From Eledone cirrhosa (lineage: Eukaryota): a stretch of DNA of 64,000 nucleotides. Each line of letters begins with the position of its first letter. Within the stretch, counting starts at the first letter, position 1. Of the stretch, positions 1-10,880 are shown one piece after another. The DNA lies in contig OZ024750.1 in NCBI GenBank assembly GCA_964016885.1, positions 6,262,001 to 6,326,000 on the forward strand, in the 5' to 3' direction. A model generated the notes under the pieces. It was not told the origin of the DNA and did not search any database. It was given only the letters and a program-made list of their open reading frames with translations. A program made the translations under genes and the position numbers.

Positions 1-324
1 TTACACTTGTCTATATAATAAGCTCTAATGTATATCTGTCTGTCTTAAAACAACTTTGCCAGGTTTCTAAGAATCATTACCAAATATAGCGCAGTGATTC
101 AAATCCATTCCAAAATAATCGATGAATAAAGAAATCCCAAGTCACGTACCCTCTGGGGGTAAAACAGGAAAATTCAATACAGTAGATTGAGAAAGACTGA
201 AAGATCTAATGGAGCGGGATGCGTGAAAGAAGAATCACATACAGCTGAGGAAGATTAATAATACGAGTTAGCAAAACATTCTTTTTATCTCCTCCTCTGT
301 TTCTCTCTCTCTCTCTCTCTCACG

Positions 325-378
<54 letters not shown>

Positions 379-417
379 TAGACAGATAGATTTGCATAGT
401 AAATTGTAAGTCAGTGA

Positions 418-489
<72 letters not shown>

Positions 490-862
490 CTTTCTTAATC
501 TGTCGGCATAAAATCTTGCTATAAGTTAAATCATTTAATACTATCAATATGAACATTTTCTGATTCAGCAACCTGGCAATGCCGAGTGATACTTCGAGTA
601 TCCAACAGTACTTTCTTACATTCGGCTTATGGTGTATATTGAATGTATTTTATTCTATATGGTATAAAGTTTTTACATAAATATTTGTTGTTATAGAATT
701 ATATATTTCTTAAACAATCGCTTGTAAGACTTGTTTCTTGTTTGTACCGTTTTGGGTTTGTTTTTATACTTATATTAAGCCTATTCTACATTGTCATGGT
801 ACTGCAGTGGTTGCTTTAAAAAACATAACTTCGGATATATTTATACTACATAGGTTTCTTTC

Positions 863-1600
863 AGTTGTTGTTGTTGGTGTTGTGGTGACAATGCTGGTTT
901 TGGTGGTGGTGGTGGTGGTGGTGGTCGTTGTTGTGCTGGTGTTGGTGGTGACATTGCTGGTTTTGGTGGTGGTGAAGGTGGTGGTGGTGGTTGTTGTGCT
1001 GGTGTTGGTGGTGACAATGCTGGTGGTGGTGGTGAAGGTGGTGGTGGTGGTTGTTGTGCTGGTGTTGGTGGTGACAATGCTGGTTTTGGTGGTGGTGAAG
1101 GTGGTGGTGGTGGTTGTTGTGCTGGTGTTGGTGGTGACAATGCTGGTGGTGGTGGTGAAGGTGGTGGTGGTGGTTGTTGTGCTGGTGTTGGTGGTGACAT
1201 TGCTGGTTTTGGTGGTGGTGAAGGTGGTGGTGGTTGTTGTGCTGGTGGTGACAATGCTGGTGGTTGTGGTGAAGGTGGTGGTGGTGGTGAAGGTGGTGGT
1301 GGTGGTTGTTGTGCTGGTGTTGGTGGTGAAGGTGGTGGTGGTGGTTGTTGTGCTGGTGTTGGTGGTGGTGGTGGTGGTGAAGGTGGTGGTGGTTGTTGTG
1401 CTGGTGGTGACAATGCTGGTGGTTGTGGTGAAGGTGGTGGTGGTGGTTGTTGTGCTGGTGTTGGTGGTGAAGGTGGTGGTGGTGGTTGTTGTGCTGGTGT
1501 TGGTGGTGGTGGTGAAGGTGGTGGTGGTGGTGACAATGCTGGTGGTGGTGGTGAAGGTGGTGGTGGTGGTGGTCGTCGTTGTTGTGTTGGTGTTACTGGA
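863..1600. repeat. (GGT)n-based higher-order minisatellite, units of about 60-66 bp
   Basis: Recurrent blocks GGTGACAATGCTGGT(TTT)GGTGGTGGTGAAGGTGGTGGTGGTGGTTGTTGTGCTGGTGTT; length variation occurs in triplets. Confidence 0.9.
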
Positions 1601-1927
1601 GGTTGATGGTTTCGGTTATGTTCAAGTCAAGTCATGATTGAAAAAAAAAAAATCCCTAGAATCAATGTTATTTAGTCTTTATGTTTTCCGAAACAGTCTA
1701 CTGGATACCACACCACCAGTGGTGCGTGATTCCAGAGAAGAGTTGGCTACTATATCTAGAGGTTGATTGACCTAGTAGGTGTTGCAATTCACCATCACTA
1801 CCGCTGTTATACATCATACTCCCACTGTAGCAAAATAGAAATATATAATATATAACGAAACTATTCTGCAGGAATATATATCCTCGTCATTTAAAATATT
1901 TTCTTTAAATTAAATACAATCCTTTTC

Positions 1928-2122
1928 CTTCTTCTTCTTCTCCCACTTATTCCTGAGAGGGTCGTGGGGGAAGAGTCCTCAACTACTTCTTCCAGCGGGT
2001 CCTGTCAGAAGCAACCATCTCCAACTGATCCGGCTGAATCCCCAAGTGAGACCAGCCAAGCTCATGGATGTTATTCAACCATCTTTCTCGGGGTTTACCC
2101 CTGAGTCTCCTACCGGCTGAAT
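1928..2122 (-). mobile_element. 3' fragment of an RTE-clade LINE (Rex3/Expander-like C-terminus) with (GAA)n tail
   Basis: Minus strand reads AGRRLRGKPRERWLNNIHELGWSHLGIQPDQLEMVASDRTRWKK*LRTLPPRPSQE*, matching the RTE C-terminal GRRxRGRPRxRW...LPPRP pattern, then GAAGAAGAAG. Confidence 0.75.
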
Positions 2123-2835
2123 AGAATCCACTGCGATAAATATCTAATAGAAATGGGTCGGGTTTATGTATAAAATCCTATGATATATTTATAGAATCTA
2201 CTGTCAAAAGTAAACGTTGAGTGATTAAATCATTTGGCGCTGCTATTTGCCTGCATTGATTCTACGTTAGTGATTTAACAGTTAAAATTGCCAGAGCATA
2301 ACGATTGGAAACTGTATAGCATTAATATTTATATTTTGGATTGTATTTCACCTATATCCCTAACATTTGTTGATTGCGCTAGGCATCTGAAATTTTCATT
2401 AAAATTGTTTGCATAAGCCAATGGTCAGAGTTTTACATTTGAAATTGAAATTATCCTCAAGCATTGTGTGATAACTTGCATCTCAATAAACGCTGATGTT
2501 TTCAGTGGAGCTTATTCACTATATCTTCCATAGCATGATTTGATATATTTAAGAGCTGTTATTTAACAACATCTCTCCTAATATTCTATGCTATTTCTCT
2601 TGTCAAAAGACTACGTGCAATTAATGAAATTTATGAAGACAGCAACATATATAACAATAAATTTCACGCTGTCGACAATTAAACTGAATAGATGCGGGAA
2701 AGCAGACAGATAATAGGAGTAAAATTGAATCAACATGTAATAATTGTCAAAGAAAATTATATTGAAAGGAAATACGTCTCAGAACCAAGGTAGATAGTGT
2801 TATGTAATATGACTCACAGTAACTTGTAGACGACG

Positions 2836-2877
<42 letters not shown>

Positions 2878-3324
2878 CCCACCCCATGCTGTGCATAAAA
2901 GCTCCTAGCAACATGGAATTTTAACATCTACCAATGTTTGAACTATTAAAATTACTTGGTCGTCGGCGTGTACATTATAAATAAGGTGATATGTAGCTTG
3001 CTACTTTATAAGAATTAGACGTTTCTGTGATTATAAACCATATTGTAGTATATGTTATGAAAGCCGAAAACAATGTGTGATAGAAACCTTTTTTTTTTTA
3101 AAAGAAACAAAATAGATAATAGGAAGGACTCACTGTCTAATGTAGTCAGGATACATGTAGCGATGGCAGGTAGTCTGAGTGTATAAGTATTATAGTTGTG
3201 CGAGAGAATACTCAAACATTGCTATCCCAATGGTACGAGTTCGGACGATATTGGAGAGAACTCTTTGGCGTGCAGAACAGCGGGTGTAAGACGTTTGGTA
3301 GTCCAAGGGGAGAGAATGGAGAAA

Positions 3325-3480
3325 GTATTTCTCTGGATGATGGCGGGGGAAATACGTTGAACTAGCAGCTATTCCAGCCCAAGTAGCTCACTTCCTTCTG
3401 CATGTGTACTAGTAGCAAGTTCTTATATGTACCCTTGGATGATGTTCGTGATACCCCAAATACACTTATCTTCGATCTCG
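3325..3480 (-). mobile_element. Decayed CRE-clade (RLE) LINE C-terminal fragment
   Basis: Minus strand gives QRISPAIIQRNTFSILSP, similar to the QRISxAIxRGNAxSIL motif and to the copies at 34590 and 39706. Confidence 0.5.
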
Positions 3481-4364
3481 TGAAATTTTAACGAGATGTA
3501 GAAAGAAATCCTACACGTGCTTCACTGATTTTAATTAGATACGGAACAAAATCAACATTAGTTGATATACGAATTCATAAATATATCATCTCAGTGTATC
3601 AATCTGATTGTATTTGATTAAATATCATTTCAGAATATTTACATTGGACATTAACACAGCTCATATGAAACCTAAAATATCTTTATGTATATATAAGCAG
3701 TCTATTTACATACTGTGTTTCACTGAGGATTAATGATTTACTTTAATGACATAACAGAGAAAATAGATAATATCTACTATACTTCTAATTTTGCTACGTG
3801 TCTCTACGGTGTAAAAAGGAAACATCGTATATAATAGATGGTTAAACTAACACAGAGAATCTTATTTGAAGCAATGACACCGACAGGAAGAGTTCAACAG
3901 ACACAAAGACTGAATCACACAAACGTCTGGAATCAATTTGTTAGGTTTAATTTCTTTATTTACTCCTATGATATTACTTCTAACAGTTTTCTATCCGAAA
4001 CAATAAATTTTCCAACAGTGTTTGGAGATTAATAACATCGACTCGGATTCGGAGTAAGAACAATTGATTTACAGTAATGTAAATTTCTACTAACTTACAT
4101 CGAAAGAGCCAACTTTTCATAAATATTTTACCAAAGATCATTTATACGAGCGAATGTGAATAAATGGTTATGGCTGTTTAGCCCAATATTTAGCTATTGT
4201 TTCAGCAGACCTATGATCAAATGTATTAGATTAGAGTCAATGATCAATTATGTACTCCTAGATTAAGTATATCTAGGAGTACATAATCGAATGTGTCCTT
4301 CCATTTCTTAAGACGATATGACTGCTATTTCACGCCGTAGGTTTGGATAGAGTGTCACGTAACA

Positions 4365-4556
4365 TAATGGTTCTGATTTAGGCACAAGATCAACAATTTT
4401 GGGGGAGGGGAAAGTCGATTAATTCTACCCCAGTATATTACTGGTATTTTATTTTACCAACCCCGTAAGGATGACAGAAAAAGTTAACTACGTCGCCATT
4501 TGAACTCAGAACGTAAAGGACCGTAACTCTATGCCACGAAGCATGTTATCAGACGT
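4365..4556 (-). mobile_element. tRNA-derived SINE family 1 copy
   Basis: Reverse complement contains B box GAGTTCAAAT, TCATCCTTACGGGG core and the TTGTGCCTAAATCAGAACC tail. Confidence 0.8.
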
Positions 4557-4584
4557 CAGTGTTGAAATCAATATATGAGTAGTA

Positions 4585-4760
4585 CATTGGCAGAATTGAC
4601 AGAGTGTCAGATAAAATGTAATTTTGGTATTTATTCCGGCTCTTTATATTCTGATTTCAAATCCTACCGAGGCCAACTTTCTTTTCATCCTTCTGAGGAC
4701 GATAAAATATAGATACCAGTGGTGAACTTCTGAGATTGGTTTAATCAGGTTTGCCCTTCT
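4585..4760 (+). mobile_element. Degenerate SINE family 1 copy
   Basis: TTGGCAGAATTG A box, TTCAAATCC B box, TTTCATCCTTCTGAGGACGATAAAAT core. Confidence 0.65.
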
Positions 4761-5949
4761 ACACATTTGAGCTTAGTTACACCAGATGTTGCATGTACAA
4801 GTCACGTTCGTCTACTTTATTTCAAAGCAGTATTGGTTTCGATAGGATTTGAACTCCAGGACATAAAAAGATGTATTTAAATGTACTAAGTTAATTGGTT
4901 ACACCAGACCTTGTTATGGTTTGTTATACTAGTTATTCTAACCAATCACTTCGGAATAGTTAATAAACATTGATTTGTTCATATTGGCATAAGACCAACT
5001 ACTAATAAATATTACTAAGGTAACAAATAAAGAATGCACCATTGAGAATATCGTGTGCCCCGCTATTAACGACCGCATCTCCTGTTTTTTCTTGTTTTTT
5101 AGGCATATAATTCACTTTCTACATGCAATTAAAACTTATTCACAGTTTACGCCTAATAACCAAAGTACACATTATACTTTTCGTTATAGCTTCGTCTGGA
5201 AATAAACCAAAACGCTTTTCCATTTGCCAGAACAAAAATTAGATCGTTTTTCTACCTTGGAATGAATACAAGTATCTTCATTTCTTCCGAAACATTTTCC
5301 CCCATGGGTTTCCATATCTACAAATCTAGCTCTCTTTCCCTCATTCTTTCCGTCTCTATCTTTCCCCCACCTCGAGGGAATTATTCAATATCGAATGGCC
5401 AGTTAGAAAATTGGATAATCCTTTTTACTATTTATATATTGATTTGACTTTTTAATTGTTCTCTCTCCTAATGTAATTACACTATGATGAAATATCTTTT
5501 ATTTGATCTGTTGATAACAGAGTTCGTTTATGTTGCTTTTTAGGGTTAGTTATGGAGCAAACATCTGCTGGATGACAGAAAGGGAACACAAGCATGTTTA
5601 CTCTATACTCTAACATGACAAAATATGTTGATCTTAGTTCAAGTTTTAGTTTATGAAAACATCGCTTGAAACTGTCCAAGGAGTCGCTAATGATAATACC
5701 TTACATTAAATAACTATCGTATCTCTTTCTAAATACAGATTTTAACCTCAAATATTTTACTTCAAATATAAGAAAAGTTCCATTGATGCGTTTTACTCAA
5801 GACCATGGGAGATAGGGATGGGGAAAAGAAAATGTATAAGGAAGCCCTGAAATAAACAGAGAAAGGGCGGGAGACAGACGGGCTGACTGATAGAGGATGC
5901 GTTGGACCTCCATCACTTTCGACGATAAGTGTTCCAGTTGTTCGGCGAA

Positions 5950-6200
5950 TGGAGTAGCTTGCACATGAGATTAACATGTAAGTGGCTGAGTATTCCACAT
6001 ACACCTGTACCCTCAGAGAAATCCTGCGTGTCCCAGTGTGTGACGAGGCTGAAACTTTCAATTACACGTGAAGTCCATCTGATGGGTTTTCAAACAGTTT
6101 CCGTATAGCGAACGTCATTCACAAGGTATAGCTTGAGCTGAGGGTCTGGGAAACGACACTTACCCAAGATGCCACGCAGAGGGATCGTACTCGGAAGCTA
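5950..6200. mobile_element. SINE-type interspersed repeat fragments
   Basis: 5950-6070 is similar to 59935-60110 (TGGCTGAGTATTCCACA...TGTACCCT...TGTGAC). 6081-6200 on the minus strand resembles a SINE head plus TCTTGGGTAAGTGTC core. Confidence 0.5.
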
Positions 6201-8199
6201 ATGATAGCAAAACTATAAAGATGGTACCATTCAAATATTGGGGTCGAGTTAGCCAACTTTTCCCTCCTCCCTCAGAACTACTTGCTGCTGTGTCTGTGTT
6301 AGAAGACCTTACTCTAATAGCTTCTTTTCACTGGTTACTATACGTATAGTTTTAAGTGTAACAAAATGAAATATTCTGAAGTCGACGCCTTTCTTGTGAA
6401 TTACAATCACTCTTTCGTTTTTATTCATCTCAATATTTATATATTCCGAGTGTTGAATGAAATAATAGATCTTTCTAGAAAACACTAGTCAATGCAAAAA
6501 AAAAAAAAAAGCAGAAAGATTAAAGATATTACAGTTATTTTTTTTTTACACATAGTTATAGAGCTGAAAGCATCAACATGTAGCAAACGTGTTGTACGTG
6601 CAACAGTGTCGGTTTAGAATAAGCAAAGTTTACTATTGTAGAAACTATTTCGGAAATAATGAAAGGGGGTGAAATTTTGAGTGAGTCAGACTTATTCCCA
6701 AAGGAAACTCATTACTTAAAAATGTAAATAAACCATTTGTCAAGCAACAACAAGAATATATGTGAGCTATATTTATCTTTCCTTTTCGTGTATTCGTGTT
6801 ATTCTAACCCCTGTTTCTAGAAGCTCTATACAGACCACATTAATATCAATCATCCGGATTATCCATTAAGCGCAAAAGTGTCAACAATGACTTTGGACGA
6901 TCAAATTCCTCATCCCTTATGATAGTTTAGTACAATCTATATAGTTCTAGCTTGCTTTCTCATCCATCCAATGTTATCAATGCTTCGATCGGTGGTTTGT
7001 TTTGATGCCAAAATATTATTCGTCTCAACAATATTCATGTAGTCTTATAAAATAAATATGAAAAAAAAATCCCTAGAAATCTTATCCATATTTATGTGCT
7101 AGGGTCCAAATATACTATACTGCCGTACTACACTTAGGTATAAAAGTTAGAACATTAAAACAAAACAAACCTCCAGGCTTTGGCAAAAAACGGGTAATGA
7201 ATTCAGTATAGGAAATCAACGAAACCCTCCTCAATATTTCAGTAATACTTTTGCTTACAGCGTTAAAATCTACCACTATGTACTAACAAATTGACCGTGC
7301 TGAAGAGAGCCAAGTACATTGGCACACAGCCGGAGTCAGGTTATGAATCTAAAGAAAACAATACATATATTGTATAATTACATTAGGCTTTAGATAACTA
7401 CCCTCATTTTAATCAATATCCGGAAATACCGACGTGGCGAAATTGATAATGTCAGCCATTTGTCTAAAGAAATCGTGATATCACTGGTTGCGATCTCTAT
7501 TCAAGACAAACAACTGGATATTTCTTGGCTTCGCCTATCTAGTAACGAATCATACGATAAAATAAAAATAAAAAATCACTTAATAGTGAAGTACTGAACG
7601 AACTAAAAATTCACAAGTACTTTAAATTGGCGAACATTATTCCTTTCAAACGAGAACAAAAAAATAATTCAATTTTCATGTTAAACAGCAGAACGAACGT
7701 TTCCACGTCTAAATAAATGTCTTACTACTGGTCAAACTATACGCAATTACTCGCTTTGTGGTAAATCATCTTACAGAATAGCTTTTATCGGGATGGTACT
7801 TCACGTAAGAATAAAAAATATAAGATAATTAACAAGCATTTTTTTTTTTTTGTATTATCAAAATTAAAATCTGGTAAAACTCAATGATGATAAAGTTTTG
7901 AAAATTCAGCTATTATCTAAATTATCTAAACACATCTTAGACTTCCCTTCAAATGAATAATTAAATGTAAAGATAATTTAATGCATTTTCTAGATCAGTT
8001 AAATTCTTTCAACACTTATAGTTCATATCTATATGTAATTCTATTTGGCGATATGAATACTAGATGGGAATAAATGGCGCTTATATATTTTATCCACTAA
8101 TTTCTATACATTAATTAAGAATAACATAACGACTATTCGAGGAGGGATTAATATATGAAGACGGCATTTATGTGCATGGAATACAAACAATTACATACA

Positions 8200-8620
8200 A
8201 GATGACATCGTTAACTGATATTACGTATGGAGTACAGTATATGCTATCAGAAAATGAGGTATTTGCAGATGGTACATGCAAATTACATAGGCAGATGTTG
8301 TAAACAAGTGTTGATCGCTAATAATGAGTGTTGATGATGTTACATGATAGTTGGTGATACCATCGGATAACCTACTCATATGAATATTAGTGTGAAAACC
8401 GTGACAGCAGTTTCTAATAAGAAGGAAATTGATGGGGATATATTCAAATATTCGCGGCTGATGATATTTGTATGGAATTTGAGTAGAGGTGTATCAGTGT
8501 GGTAGAAATGATGATGCATGTTTGTAAGGGATGCTGACTAAAAGAACTCTAATGTAATATAAACAGATCAAATTTACAGATAACATAAGTCATCTGGGTG
8601 AGAAGATTTAATGATGAGAA
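8200..8620 (+). pseudogene. Heavily decayed RT fragment of an R4-like LINE
   Basis: ADDICMEF followed, with a frameshift, by a CxxV-EM-like stretch resembles the R4-clade SxDIxMEFGxxKC motif; many stops. Confidence 0.3.
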
Positions 8621-8940
8621 TACTGTACTAGTCTTCAGTTTCTTCACAATTCCCTCTGTTGTGTTACGACAAGACCCGAGAAAGAAGTATATTATGTAAC
8701 ATTCAGGCCGTTCTGAAGCAATGTAACTAAACGAGAATGGCTGCCAAAAGAATTTGTGATGTTTTTAATCAACAATAGTTATTAAATCCCAGTTACAGAT
8801 AATTTCATGCCTACTGAAGTTAAAACAACATCAGAGAGGTATCATCAGCTTTCTCACTTTGGGACTAATTCAGACTCTTCTGGCTACCGAAAAGTGTTAT
8901 CGAATTACCAATGCAAGGAGAAATGGATTTGTAGAGAATA

Positions 8941-8982
<42 letters not shown>

Positions 8983-9154
8983 GGGGGGGGGGGGGGTCAG
9001 GTTGAGCAAAAGTAATTGAATGTTTTGTTTGTTTAATAAATAGCTATGTAAAAGAGATGTGGCTTATGCATCATAGATCCACACACACACACACACACAC
9101 ACGCACACACACACACACGCACGCACGCACGCACACACACACATATATATATAT

Positions 9155-9224
<70 letters not shown>

Positions 9225-9303
9225 ATAGTAAGAGCGATAAAGATAAATACATACATACACATAAATATATAAATATATATATATATATGTGCGTGTGCTT
9301 GTT

Positions 9304-9362
<59 letters not shown>

Positions 9363-9366
<4 letters not shown>

Positions 9367-9413
9367 GTTACTGAAGACAGATAACAATCCTGAAACACTA
9401 GATGCTGGTGTTT
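9363..9413 (+). ncRNA. Degenerate type I hammerhead motif (family G, copy 1)
   Basis: AAACGTTA-CTGAAGA-cagat aaca atcct-GAAA-CA ctaga TG-C-TGGTGTTT. Stem I AAACGTTA/TGGTGTTT pairs with wobbles; the U of the cleavage triplet is missing. Confidence 0.5.
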
Positions 9414-9632
9414 TCACATGTAACTGTAACATGATCATTATGTAAAATAATTTTGATGACAATTATATAAGATTATTATACATATACATAATTATGCTGC
9501 ATATTCTTTCACACACGCCTCCATTTTGTACCACACTATGTTCGTGCTACTGGTAATACTATCTCGTCAGGCTTAACAATAAGCAAGTAGTAATCTCCTT
9601 AAATACAAAAAAATCTACATAAGTGATGAATT

Positions 9633-9808
9633 ATAGGAAAAGAGCCAGGCCTCCGACGGCTTAGTTCGGATCTAGCTGTGAAAACGGCCGGAGCTCAGCC
9701 GTCGGGGTCCTGTCTCTTTTCCTATTACTCACTCTATTACCCTAAGTAACGAGTACTGTGGTGCGTTATGGTCCACCTGGTATCTTACCACACTTTCTTT
9801 GTTGTTTG
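9633..9808 (+). mobile_element. Fold-back hammerhead-bearing element (family B) with 15-bp target-site duplication
   Basis: 9633-9667 is an imperfect inverted copy of 9691-9725. Hammerhead 3' half GAAA(A)-CGGC-loop-GCCG-TC-GGGGT. Flanking direct repeat TAAGTGATGAATTAT (9620-9634) / TAAGTGATAAATTAT (9809-9823). Confidence 0.7.
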
Positions 9809-9844
9809 TAAGTGATAAATTATTTAGCCCCACCACATAGTAAA

Positions 9845-9896
9845 GAAACGTTACTGATGATGGATCAAAATCCTGAAACATAATGTTTGGCATTCG
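9845..9896 (+). ncRNA. Type I hammerhead motif (family G, copy 2)
   Basis: CTGATGA (9854), stem II GGAT/ATCC, GAAA (9875), stem III CA-taa-TG, GUU triplet, imperfect stem I. Confidence 0.6.
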
Positions 9897-10190
9897 TGAT
9901 TTGATCTCAGCTTAGAATACATAAAACTAGACTTATATTTTATTTATTTTGAATATACCTACTGTATATGCTTTCATGTGTACAGTATTAATACGGTTAC
10001 ATTAGTGGTACTGCTAATATAAATATATATAAATATATAGAGTGTCATCCACAAATATATTACATATATTTACTAAAATGCTGTTGAAGTGTGTATACAT
10101 TTTTAGGGAACACACTGTATATTTATCAACTTCCAATGGAAATACTTTTTCATCACCACCACCATCTTCAGCGTCATCATCATCACCACC

Positions 10191-10248
<58 letters not shown>

Positions 10249-10685
10249 TATACGTACATACATATATACATACATATGTACATATATATATATATATATA
10301 TATAGTTTTTTATATATAATATAAGATATATATATGTTTATATATACATATAAAATAATGTATAAGTTTGTATGCTGTGAGTGGGTGTAAGTGTGGGTGT
10401 AAGACTTTAAACGGAGAAAAGCTGCAAATATTTATCCAAGTTTTCTCATTTCTGATTTAGAGTTATCCCCCGTGAGTATTCAGACCTATATACTTCAAGA
10501 AAATAGAAATGATAAGTAAGACGTTGACATATTTCTCTTGGAGATAAACGACATGATTGAAGGAAGGCAGCTTCCACGGGGAATCAGACTTGAGTGGCAG
10601 CCATATACAACAAAAGATAGAAATAGCCTGCATGGTGTTGAATATAAGTTCCGTGTTTGATATATCTCTCTAAAGGTATTTTTTA

Positions 10686-10880
10686 ATAATAATTGTTTCT
10701 ACTTTTGGCACAAGGCCAGGAATTACCCAATGTATTACTGGTACTTTACTTTATCGACCCCCGTAAGGATGAAAGGCAAAGTTAACCTCGGCGGGATTTG
10801 AATTCAGAATGGCAAGGGCTGTAACTCTATACGTTAAGGCATGGCGTCCGACCCTCTACCGATACTGCCAATCCAATAAC
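10686..10880 (-). mobile_element. SINE family 1 copy (short internal-deletion subfamily)
   Basis: Head, CCTTTCATCCTTACGGGGG core and tail present; lacks the GTCGATTTAATCGAC hairpin segment. Confidence 0.85.

Noticed and set aside
738-1637. 299-aa poly-Val ORF and 231-aa extensin-like SPPPP ORF; a Thr-rich mucin-like frame also exists
   Set aside because: Open frames follow automatically from a stop-poor (GGT)n minisatellite; there is no signal peptide, splice context or non-repetitive domain
8997-9030. Mariner-like TIR fragment TCAGGTTGAGCAAAAGTAATTG
   Set aside because: No partner TIR found nearby
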